Origin: a virus
Lineage: Duplodnaviria; Caudoviricetes
IMG/VR virus record: IMGVR_UViG_3300049509_000001
Location: 1 to 62,186 of that record
Length of the DNA stretch: 62,186 bases
Strand: one strand, 5' to 3'
Shown: in pieces, positions 49,706 through 58,497 of the stretch
Layout of the letters: every line of letters begins with the position of its first letter
How positions within the stretch are numbered: the first letter of the stretch is position 1
Made by a program: the position numbers and the translations under genes
The notes under the pieces: generated by a model
Told to the model about the DNA's origin: nothing
The model's input: only the letters and a program-made list of their open reading frames with translations
The model's database searches: none

Positions 49706-49926
49706 TGGTATTCCAAAGTTACGATTCCCTCCCTTTCACTTCGTGCTCGCGGTTAACCTCGCAGTCGGGCTCAGAACAGTGCCGCCCCTGCGTACTCCAA
49801 CCTAATGACGGTGGAATCGAGCGCCCTCACAATAAACGTGCTGAATACTACCGTCAGGATTTTTAATGCGCGGAACCATCGTTAATGGCCTCGGACTAAA
49901 CTCGTCAGGATCAAGGAATATCGACA

Positions 49927-50811
49927 TCACTTCTCTCCTTCCTCTTCCGTGCGGGTGGCGGCGCGGACTTGGGCCACGCAGAGATTGAGAACACCAAACC
50001 ACCATGCGTACCATTCGGGAAATAAACTGTTCTGAATCATGTTCTCTCGGGTTGTCCAGAATGGGGTTGTCCCCGGTTCTGTTGGTCGTGGCTCCTGATC
50101 GCCAATATCAACAACGAAGCCCGCGCAATACCACTTGGCCGTCGCGTCGTCACCTTTGATCGGATCGAGCGTGTGGCCCGCGACGAACTGAATCAACAAC
50201 GCTTTGCATCCAGTCTCTTCCATTAATTCGCGCCGTGCGGCTTGTTCGAACGATTCTCCCGGTTCGACCTTGCCACCGACACCGCAAAAGCCGTCAAAGT
50301 TACGGCTGTTCACAGCGAGAATTCGATCACCGCGAAACACCGTGATTTCAACCGAACCACGTAATGCCGTATCGTCAAGCACCGCCGCCTCAACTGTTGT
50401 TTCTCCGGTAGCGGCAGATCGCAGCCGTTCAACTTCTTGCTGTGATCTAGCAAGAGAGTTCATCATGCCTTCAAGCTGCGCTCTGAGTCGCTGCGTTGTC
50501 ACGTCGTCTGCTGTAGCGCGGGGAAGATCAGCGCGGGTGTTCCAGACGCTGATCGGGTAGATGATTGTCGTGGTGCCCAGTGGACAGTTGCGCTCAAAGA
50601 TGGGGTGATACGTCGCTGTTTGGTCCATTGGATGCACGGTTGGCACGATTCCGCAGAACGGACAAGGCTTGAGTTCCCCTTCCTGTGGTAAGAACTGCCC
50701 GCAGTCCGCGCAGACCATTAATCCCCTTTCAGCGTTATAGGGCTTAGACTGCGTGCTGCCACAGTCAGGACATCTTTGCCCGTTTCTAAAGTCAAATTGT
50801 GTAGTTGTCAT
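49927..50811 (-). CDS. zinc-ribbon/Lar-like plus NUDIX hydrolase mosaic protein
   Basis: CPDCG..CADCG, LKPCPFCG...WNTR, Nudix box GGKVEPGESFEQAARRELMEETG. Confidence 0.85.
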   Translation of the reverse strand: MTTTQFDFRNGQRCPDCGSTQSKPYNAERGLMVCADCGQFLPQEGELKPCPFCGIVPTVHPMDQTATYHPIFERNCPLGTTTIIYPISVWNTRADLPRATADDVTTQRLRAQLEGMMNSLARSQQEVERLRSAATGETTVEAAVLDDTALRGSVEITVFRGDRILAVNSRNFDGFCGVGGKVEPGESFEQAARRELMEETGCKALLIQFVAGHTLDPIKGDDATAKWYCAGFVVDIGDQEPRPTEPGTTPFWTTRENMIQNSLFPEWYAWWFGVLNLCVAQVRAATRTEEEGEK

Positions 50812-50999
50812 ATGTTGTTCCCTGTGGTTGTGCCTCTGGTGCAGTCATTGCTTAGACCTCCGTCCCGCTCCCCCACTTGGCGAGGCACATGGCCCAATCA
50901 AGCCAGCGCCCGCTTTACCACACTTCTTGCAGCGGTAAATCAGACTGTTATCTAAGCGCCGATTGCCAACGATCTCGGTATCGTGTTGCCCCGCTGGTG

Positions 51000-52327
51000 T
51001 CATTTAAGTTTTCTACCTTCTCTTTTCATATGATCCAGAAGCCTTCTCGTGTCACTAACCGCGACCGCGTCTGCGTCTCGGCCCAGTGCGGCGAGCTTGA
51101 CTGTATCAACACGCTCCAGCGTGAGCAGCGCGGCTTCGACTAGATCACTAAGACTAAGCTGCCTCTCTTTGACGTCAGAGAAATGCTGAGAAAGAACCTC
51201 TATGGCCTTATGCATGTCGAAGCCGGAAACGTAAGTCGTCTCGTGACCGTCAAGCAAGCGCAAGGGTCCGCAATGACTCATTGCTTCGGCAAGTTGCGCC
51301 TCTGGTGAATTAGTAGTGTCGTTCATGGCTGCTCCGTGTGTACGTGCTCTTTCTCGATATATGGAATGGCGTGTAGTGCTTCCGCTACCTCAACAGGCAG
51401 ACCGGAGCAATACATCCCGGCAACTTCACGCAAGTTTTCCAGCGCATCGTCTCTTGTAATGTGACACGGCGGGCACAAACGATGCCGATCCAGCGCATCA
51501 ACCCAACGTCCGCAGTTATTGCATGTTCCTGTCGTAATCATTTGGCTCCTCCGCAAATCCCTAGACCGTGCTGCTCCCCGTCGCGTGGACCAAGATACCG
51601 CTTGCCACAGTTCCCGCAGAGCGTGTTGAAGCGCGTATTCCACTGATCGCGCAGCCGCTCCACTTCCTCCAGTAACTCTAAACACGTAGTTGGATCGAAA
51701 GCGGCGATGTGCTCAGAGCAGACGACGCTAAATGCGATCTTCGTGTCTTGAAGCTGGACCACGTTGAACCATTCCACGTTCGGGTATGCGTCACGAGCCT
51801 TTTCCGCGATCTGTGTCAGTCTGGTTAGCTGTCCGTGGATCATGGTTATTCAACCTTCAGCGCCGCGAGCTTGGTCAGGATTTCTTTAGCTTCGATAGCT
51901 CGCTTGGACGGATCGGACTTCAAGCCACGGGCATCGTGCATTAGCCAAAGATAGAAGTCGGGACGCGTGTATTGCTCAATTAAATCCAAGACCTTAGTAA
52001 CGGATTCACGCACCTGTTCAGTCATCGGTTCATCTCCATTAGTTCATCGAGACAGGGCAAGCAGGAATAACAGGTAGCAAATTGCCCTTCGACTTTCGCG
52101 CTCTCTTTATATACCCGACTACCTGCTTCAATAACGTGACCTTTCTTGGAATCGTCAAGTAGAAGATAACTAGCTATGCACGTTTGCGGTTTCCTAATAG
52201 TGATGATTAGTACCTTGCGACACTCAATGGAACAATCGCCCTTACCTTCATCGAACGGGTTGAAGTTAAGATATTTAGCATCGGCGTCCTTCAGCATTGG
52301 TCTAACCTCATCCGATTTCGTCAACAT
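51000..52327 (-). other. cluster of small hypothetical genes (51000-51326, 51323-51541, 51538-51843 Ead/Ea22-like, 52022-52327)
   Basis: Coupled ORFs; HIAAFDPTTCLELLEEVERLR resembles the Ead/Ea22 motif. Confidence 0.6.
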
Positions 52328-52536
52328 TCAGTACGAGAAGAACGCCATCGCACCCGGCAACGACTTCTTTGATTCCGGCGGTATCCTCTGCGCCTTCATC
52401 CATCGAGGCCCGAACTTCATCGTCCATTCCGGCTCCGGTTTCCCGAATCGCGTTAAGAAGCTGGCCCAGCGTCATATTAGCCATCGATATTTCCTTTTCT
52501 CCGCCACTTCATTCAGCGCGGCTAGTTGTTCAGTAG

Positions 52537-52875
52537 TCATGGTTTTCCTTCCGCAGCAAGGCGATTAAGTGCGACTGAGTAGAAGCGGTACTTTTCTGCC
52601 TTAATCTTCTTGGCGTCCAAGCGCTCGTTGGTTTCCTTGCCGTCCATATCCGGCAGTAGGCCACGGTCACGCATGACCTCACAGAGCGCGAGTAGGTCAC
52701 AAAGCTCATGTGTAATTCGTTGCCGATTCGTAAATTCCTGCTCAGGCTGAATTTCATCAAGCCCAAACATTTGCGCCTTGGTGCAACGTACAGCGATCTC
52801 GCAGCACTCTTGGGCCAAGTGGCTCAAAAGATAATCAGTCAGTGAAAGCGGTAGCTGTTCAGGGGTGAGAGTCAT
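52537..52875 (-). CDS. MazG-like nucleotide pyrophosphohydrolase
   Basis: LAQECCEIA...K...FG...ITHELCDLLA. Confidence 0.65.
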   Translation of the reverse strand: MTLTPEQLPLSLTDYLLSHLAQECCEIAVRCTKAQMFGLDEIQPEQEFTNRQRITHELCDLLALCEVMRDRGLLPDMDGKETNERLDAKKIKAEKYRFYSVALNRLAAEGKP

Positions 52876-54192
52876 GCGTGATGATCCTCGCATAAGTCGC
52901 ACTTGTCGCATTCCTGTATTTCCTTGAGCTGCCTAACCGCGTGTCGCTGCTCAGGTGAATCTTGATACTTTGCGGCCTGCTTGTTACCAGTGACACACAG
53001 AATCTTATGGCCCTTGGTGATTCCGCACTCTGGACAAGCTTGTTGTTCCTTCTCACTCATTCCTGTGGCTTCCCTTCTTGTTGGGCGAAGTGGCTCAACG
53101 TAATCAACTCTTCAATACGTTCACCCTCCGCTTTATCTGCTAAGCGACGTGAGAACCAAGAATCAACAGTGCGCTCAATTGCAGCGGCTAACTCTTCCGC
53201 CTCTTTGTCGCATTCTGCGTTTTGAAGGGTATCCCACAACTCGCTTGATTTAATGTGGGCATAAGCTAACTCATGTGCGAGTTCTTTGCGGTGGTTAGGT
53301 GTGTTCATTTTGGTTGAGCCTCATTCGGTTAATCCAGAAGCAGCCTTTAATGCAGCGTCGATTTGATTTACTACAACCAGTACATAACCCTCGGTGCGAT
53401 CTACGTTTCCGCGAACTGCGTGGTCTCGTAGAATCGGCGTAAGCGTTGAGCGAAGTACCTCTAACGCTTCGACTAAGAGAGCCTGAGATTTGAGTGCGTG
53501 TTGCAGTTCTGAATATAGATATGCCCGTGGTCCGCCTTCATGAATTGCGGCTTTGTGGTCTGTGACTATCTGCGCCGCGATTTGGACATCGAAGCATTGG
53601 GCGATAGGATTCTCAGTCGTGTCGTATTCGCCTCCGAGCACGACGACATAGTCCTCGCCTTCGTGTACTGACCACCCGCCCACGGTGCCATCTGAAGCGT
53701 TAGTCGGGCAGTTGCATTTGCGACCGTACCGAGAAGCGCAATTCAATCTGTGTACGGGATCTAATTTCCAGTTATGCTTTGTGGTTGTGCTCATGTTCCG
53801 CCTCTCTTTGGCTCTGAATCTCTTGAAGTGAAAGCAGCAATTGATGACGAAGTGGAAGAGGCTCAGGCTCTAATCGAAGGCCGCATTGCGTACAAAAGCC
53901 CGCCTCGAGATCCGCTGCGGTAAGTTCATTTCCGCAGCCTCGCTCTCTGTCTCCGCAATAGATTCGCTGTGTATGTGTTGTGCTCATGTTACGGTGTTCC
54001 AGTAGTTCGGGATTTGATATGCGTAACCGTCCTCGTTGAAACTTGACCACGCTTCACATCTTGGAATGTAACCACTCGGGTGAAATCGGTTTTTATGGCG
54101 TCACTGTGGGAGACTTCGCTCTCGCCGCAGTTGCACTGCTTACACTTGCCGGGACCGTGCTCCGCGTGATTGCAGTTGTAGCAGGTTTCCAT
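52872..54192 (-). other. cluster of small hypothetical genes (52872-53060, 53057-53308, 53321-53794, 53772-53987, 53989-54192)
   Basis: Coupled ORFs, mostly Cys/His zinc-binding. Confidence 0.6.
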
Positions 54193-54200
54193 GTCTTTCT

Positions 54201-54347
54201 TTACTTGGCCGTCTTCTTCTTAGGCCACCGTGCTGCTCGCGCTTTCTCAAGGCTCTTTTTCGCTGCCGCCCGCTTCTTTTTAGAAGTGGCTTTCCCGCCC
54301 CGGCGTCCTAACTCCTGCATTACCTTTTTAATTGTTTCGTCTTCCAT
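54201..54347 (-). CDS. small basic DNA-binding protein (LGRRGG motif; 48 aa, not in ORF track)
   Basis: MEDETIKKVMQELGRRGGKATSKKKRAAAKKSLEKARAARWPKKKTAK. Confidence 0.65.
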   Translation of the reverse strand: MEDETIKKVMQELGRRGGKATSKKKRAAAKKSLEKARAARWPKKKTAK

Positions 54348-54397
54348 TGTTGTGCTCAGCCCGCCATTGTTGAATGGACGGGCGGCTCTGCACTTGT

Positions 54398-54703
54398 TTA
54401 ATTTGCACGTACGGCCTCTGCCCTGGCGCGTGCGGCAGTGTAGAGCGGGTGATTCTGGAAAAGCACTACGCGGCCCTTTTCGAAGTAGTCCTGCTGACTG
54501 TCAGTGTTGTTGACGTACGCCGTGGGGATGATTCGCACTAGTATGTCGCCCGCATCGTAGTCCTTAGCGTAAATCGTCACGCAAGGCTGACCGTCTATGC
54601 GGTTATCAAGGGAGTAGTGAACGCGAGCCTTAGCGATTCCGTTGATGACGTTGAATTTGTTGAACTTGACGGTAGCGGTTGTTGGTGTGCTTGTGTTTTC
54701 CAT
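54398..54703 (-). CDS. hypothetical protein, first gene of early operon
   Basis: IYAKDY...NNTDSQQDYFEK...HPLY; strong promoter upstream. Confidence 0.7.
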   Translation of the reverse strand: MENTSTPTTATVKFNKFNVINGIAKARVHYSLDNRIDGQPCVTIYAKDYDAGDILVRIIPTAYVNNTDSQQDYFEKGRVVLFQNHPLYTAARARAEAVRAN

Positions 54704-54710
54704 GCCCCTG

Positions 54711-54739
54711 AATATACACTAAGCCGCTTACTGAGTCAA
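54711..54739 (-). promoter_or_regulatory. leaderless sigma70 promoter with palindrome
   Basis: TTGACT-17-TATATT, 7 nt before ATG; TAAGC-C-GCTTA at 54720-54730. Confidence 0.75.
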
Positions 54740-54839
54740 TAGCCTACGCGATTAATTTCTCTATACTATTTCGTGTGCCCTCGGTGCATCGTAACTTTTC
54801 CGCCACAAATAAGGTCTGAAAGTGATACACTGCTCGGCT

Positions 54840-55118
54840 ATGGACGGAAATCTTACCTATGGCCCGAAAGGCCGACTCATTTCTGCAATCGCTGGTTTTG
54901 CCGGCATCCTATCGGCGGCCGTTTCCGCGTCACAGCAAGCAGGTCTAGTTAGCATCTTCCCTTCCGAATATAACAAGTATTTCGCGGGCGCTGCTATTAT
55001 CTCGATATTCATCACTCTGTTTAGTGAGCGTATCCAAGGCGGCGCAAGCAATCCCGAGGTAAGAGAAGCGGCAAAGGCTTCCGATGTTAAGAACGCACGA
55101 GAGGAATTGAATCAATGA
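54840..55118 (+). CDS. holin-like two-TM membrane protein
   Basis: Two hydrophobic segments and a charged C-tail; start ATG 54840 after TACACT. Confidence 0.55.
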   Translation: MDGNLTYGPKGRLISAIAGFAGILSAAVSASQQAGLVSIFPSEYNKYFAGAAIISIFITLFSERIQGGASNPEVREAAKASDVKNAREELNQ

Positions 55119-55633
55119 ACCGACGCGATATGATCGCAACCAGTGGACTTGGCCTTGCTGGCTTCGCGGTAGGCACCGGATTCACTGCTCCAGCCTGTGG
55201 CGTTTCCAAAGAGAAAGCGGTTAGAGTCACGGGATTCGTTATTGAGATCGCTAAAGAAGCCGTGCCGCTGCTCGACTTGCTAAACGCTCACGACCTTGCG
55301 ATTACGGTAGATGCAAAAGTAATCCCGGCACTCGAGAAGATGAAGAGCGCACTGGCGAATGCCGACATTCCAGCATCACAATCAACTCTCGCAACTGTGC
55401 GTAGCGCTCTCAGCGCAGTCGGCAACGCACTGCTCAACCTCCCCGACACTCCACGCCGCACTACAATCGTCGGCATTCTCGCGTCGATTAACGTGCTGTT
55501 ACTGACAGTGGAAGCTTTTGTGGAGTCGGAAACGCCACAAGCTGCGTCTGCTACGGTAGGGCTGGAATCAACGGTTTCAGGTACGACTAAATCCGCGCAG
55601 ATGCTAAAAGTGTTTCAGGCGACACGACAGTAG
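55115..55633 (+). CDS. Tat-signal lipoprotein
   Basis: MNRRDMI twin arginine, hydrophobic stretch, lipobox-like TAPAC. Confidence 0.65.
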   Translation: MNRRDMIATSGLGLAGFAVGTGFTAPACGVSKEKAVRVTGFVIEIAKEAVPLLDLLNAHDLAITVDAKVIPALEKMKSALANADIPASQSTLATVRSALSAVGNALLNLPDTPRRTTIVGILASINVLLLTVEAFVESETPQAASATVGLESTVSGTTKSAQMLKVFQATRQ

Positions 55634-55636
55634 GAG

Positions 55637-55882
55637 ATGTGCATGGCCCTGATTTTCAAGTTTGACACAGAGCAATTCCAGGCGCTCGTCACTGCTATCG
55701 ACAACCTCTCCGACAACCTTGCCAAGTGGCAGGGGAAGGAGACTGAGGCTATCGAGCAGGGATTCAGCAACCTCGCTATCGCCCTCGGCGGTGAAGACGT
55801 ACAGGCTAGAATTGATGCGCTAACCAGCGAAGTAAAAACCGAAGCAGACGCACTCGAAGGCTCTGCTCAATCTGAAACTTAA
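55637..55882 (+). CDS. small acidic coiled-coil protein
   Basis: AGGAG SD, helical. Confidence 0.6.
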   Translation: MCMALIFKFDTEQFQALVTAIDNLSDNLAKWQGKETEAIEQGFSNLAIALGGEDVQARIDALTSEVKTEADALEGSAQSET

Positions 55883-55905
55883 TCATTCAAATAGAAGGAG
55901 ACATT

Positions 55906-56160
55906 ATGGCAGCAGACTTTTCTCAACTGACAGCAGAAGTAGAGCGCATCAAACAAGTGCGCCCGTCAATCGTGGCAATCATTGAAGGTATCGCGGACCG
56001 CGTACAGGCGGCAGTGGACGCGGATAACGCGGGTGATAACAGTCAACTAGCGACTTTGTCAGCGGATCTGCGCGCGGAAGCCGACGAGTTCGCTCGTGTG
56101 GCAGTTGCGGGCACTCCGACTGAGGGCGGCACCGGCGAAACAGGCGGGACTCCGGCGTAG
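55906..56160 (+). CDS. small acidic coiled-coil protein
   Basis: AAGGAG SD; C-terminal helix resembles that of 55637 (EVKTEADAL / DLRAEADEF). Confidence 0.65.
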   Translation: MAADFSQLTAEVERIKQVRPSIVAIIEGIADRVQAAVDADNAGDNSQLATLSADLRAEADEFARVAVAGTPTEGGTGETGGTPA

Positions 56161-56171
56161 CTGAAACAAAT

Positions 56172-56254
56172 TCGCAGCGCTCGCCAGGAAGCTTGTTTAC
56201 CCATCCTTTGCAAATTGGGGGCAGTTTGCAAATTGGCACTGACGAGCGTTGCGA
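56172..56254 (+). other. structured intergenic RNA/long hairpin
   Basis: 16-bp outer stem with G-U pairs and an 11-bp inner stem. Confidence 0.5.
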
Positions 56255-56352
56255 TTGCTTACTCCATCCGTGGACGGGATTCGTGCTCGTGCTGAGCGTT
56301 GGCCTTAATGCGCTAGTGAGTACTGGGACAACTGGACACCTGATTCCCCTTA

Positions 56353-56910
56353 ATGTTTGACACTTCAACTTTCAACGTCATTGCCAACTCCGTGATGATC
56401 CTCGGCGGGGTGGTGATCATTTACGGTATCTTCCAACTCCGTCATCTGATCATGCAGAACCGGGAAATGTCAGAGCGGCTTGAGTTGTTTCTTGCCCCAA
56501 AAGTCGGCATTGAGGGATTCCTGAATATGTGCGCTCAGGTAGTAGAATGCGATCCTGATGGAACTTGCGTCGTAGCCGATAAAGACGGTGAGATTGTGAT
56601 GGTTAATCGTAGATTTGAGGAAATGTCTGGTTATCACCGCAGCGAACTGGTTGGTCAGCCCGTCGAGATCATGGTGCCGGACAGGTACAAAGGGATTCAT
56701 CCGAGCCACAGGGAAAGCTACTTAGTCAGTTCATCTAATCGACCAATGCGCGGATTATCATTTCGACATAAGCGCGGAAGAGAGATTGCGGCAGGGATCT
56801 GGCTAGGCCATTTCAGCGATCCTAACGATGGCTATACAATTGTCAAGATGCGATCTGTCGATGGGGAGATGTTAAAATCCAGTGACACGCTGAAGTGTAT
56901 CGCGGAATGA
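56353..56910 (+). CDS. membrane-anchored stand-alone PAS domain protein
   Basis: TM segment, then PAS S-box DGEIVMVNRRFEEMSGY..SELVGQPVEIMVP. Confidence 0.85.
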   Translation: MFDTSTFNVIANSVMILGGVVIIYGIFQLRHLIMQNREMSERLELFLAPKVGIEGFLNMCAQVVECDPDGTCVVADKDGEIVMVNRRFEEMSGYHRSELVGQPVEIMVPDRYKGIHPSHRESYLVSSSNRPMRGLSFRHKRGREIAAGIWLGHFSDPNDGYTIVKMRSVDGEMLKSSDTLKCIAE

Positions 56911-57296
56911 ACTGGCCGCAGCTGCTCCAAAGTGTCATCACGGCACTGGTAATTGCCGGAATCTTTGCGGTCTTCAAACTGTTTCGTGATATTGATCGGC
57001 TACAGACCAAGACTGAGCCGCTGTTGGAATGGTGGAAGAAAACGTCACTAGATGCGTTAAAACTTGCAACCAACCCGACATCCGAACGACTGACTGAGTT
57101 GGCCGACAAGTATATTGCCAGCGTAATGGGAAGTGGACAGATTTCATTAGCCGAGAAACAGGAATTAATTGACGGACTGCGCGAGGTAATGGAAGATAAA
57201 AACCAAGTACCTGGCAAGCGTCAGTCAGCTTCGGTCTCACTAAGATTTATTGAATCAAGAGAGCATTTACCGTTGAGACGGGGAGCATCGCATTGA
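56907..57296 (+). CDS. single-TM membrane protein
   Basis: MNWPQLLQSVITALVIAGIFAVF; ATGA overlap with the PAS gene. Confidence 0.65.
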   Translation: MNWPQLLQSVITALVIAGIFAVFKLFRDIDRLQTKTEPLLEWWKKTSLDALKLATNPTSERLTELADKYIASVMGSGQISLAEKQELIDGLREVMEDKNQVPGKRQSASVSLRFIESREHLPLRRGASH

Positions 57297-57357
57297 GAGC
57301 GGCAGATGATGTCCACTACGGAAGCATAAATACAAAAACCAGAAAGGAATCGCCCAA

Positions 57358-57519
57358 ATGACAGCTAATGAAAATAAACCGGATAGACCTGATTCGAAGC
57401 CGGATGTACCAGAACCAAAGCAGCCCGAGCCCGGCAAGCCCGCTCCAACACCACAGCCGCAGGATGAACCGTTACCGCCGGGAACGCCAGTTGGGCCTGG
57501 CAAAGGTGGAGGTGGCTAG
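57358..57519 (+). CDS. proline-rich peptide (53 aa, not in ORF track)
   Basis: AAAGGA SD; stop overlaps the next start (TAGTG). Confidence 0.6.
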   Translation: MTANENKPDRPDSKPDVPEPKQPEPGKPAPTPQPQDEPLPPGTPVGPGKGGGG

Positions 57520-58028
57520 TGAGCGCAGTTGCGGCCTCAACATATGAAGGTCGTAATACCCTCCGGGCTGTCAACGAGGCTGACCTGCTTCGTGAAGTCC
57601 TGATACGTGAAGTGCGCGCGCTTGGGACGATGTACGCGGTTGGGAAACGTCGGCCTATTACTGAGCTGCCGCCGGACAAGCAGCAACAGATTCGCGCGGC
57701 ATATGCAGACACTCTTTGGGCCAGCGATTACTGCGTTGAAATGATGGGCATTTGCACGTCACGCGCGCTGGCTGAACAAATCGTCAAGGATCATGGTCCG
57801 CACTGGTTTTGCTGTAAGTTGCCGATTGATTCGGTGCTTACCGAAGAAGCAGTTCAAGGCGAGTGGGCAGTGAGGTTTCCTGAGAGTGACGCTGCTGAAA
57901 TGTATGAGAACCTAAACGCTTCCACGATCGCAATGTCCACCACGCAGTTGCGCATGTTGGAGCAGGAAGCGGAACGGCTGTTGGAAATTATTCGCAGTGC
58001 TCGTGAAACAACGCTGAATTCGTCATGA
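57519..58028 (+). CDS. hypothetical protein
   Basis: GGAGG SD, coupled to the upstream peptide. Confidence 0.6.
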   Translation: MSAVAASTYEGRNTLRAVNEADLLREVLIREVRALGTMYAVGKRRPITELPPDKQQQIRAAYADTLWASDYCVEMMGICTSRALAEQIVKDHGPHWFCCKLPIDSVLTEEAVQGEWAVRFPESDAAEMYENLNASTIAMSTTQLRMLEQEAERLLEIIRSARETTLNSS

Positions 58029-58038
58029 CTCCAATGAG

Positions 58039-58497
58039 ATGCAAAACCCTTCCTTTTCTCTCACATGGTCCGGCCTGCTGCAAGCTCTCGCTGGCACCCT
58101 CATTGGCTTAATTCCTTACGCCGTACAGACTTATCGCAATAGAAAGAGATCAGACATTGAGGATGCGGAGGCTCAGGCGCGTACTGACCTGACAAGGGTG
58201 AATATCCGCAGTGCTGAGTTCCGCGACTTTGCCGCGATGAGCGAGGGTGCTGAGAAGTTGTTAACGGCCCTGATTAATAGCGGCGACACGATTCACGAGT
58301 TACAGAAGAAGATATTCGATCTGGAGCAGGACAAGTTAGGCGAGGATATGCTGCGACTGGATTTGAAAAAAGCCACAGCGTTACTCGCCTACAATAACAT
58401 TCGATTCTCTGAGGCTGAACATGCGGAGGTGAGGAGATTAGTGCAGATGCTGGATGAAATTCTCGATGGCCCAAAGAGTCCGAAGGGCAGTCGGTGA
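58039..58497 (+). CDS. single-TM coiled-coil protein (holin/spanin-like)
   Basis: N-terminal TM, RNRKR, then coiled coil. Confidence 0.55.
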   Translation: MQNPSFSLTWSGLLQALAGTLIGLIPYAVQTYRNRKRSDIEDAEAQARTDLTRVNIRSAEFRDFAAMSEGAEKLLTALINSGDTIHELQKKIFDLEQDKLGEDMLRLDLKKATALLAYNNIRFSEAEHAEVRRLVQMLDEILDGPKSPKGSR

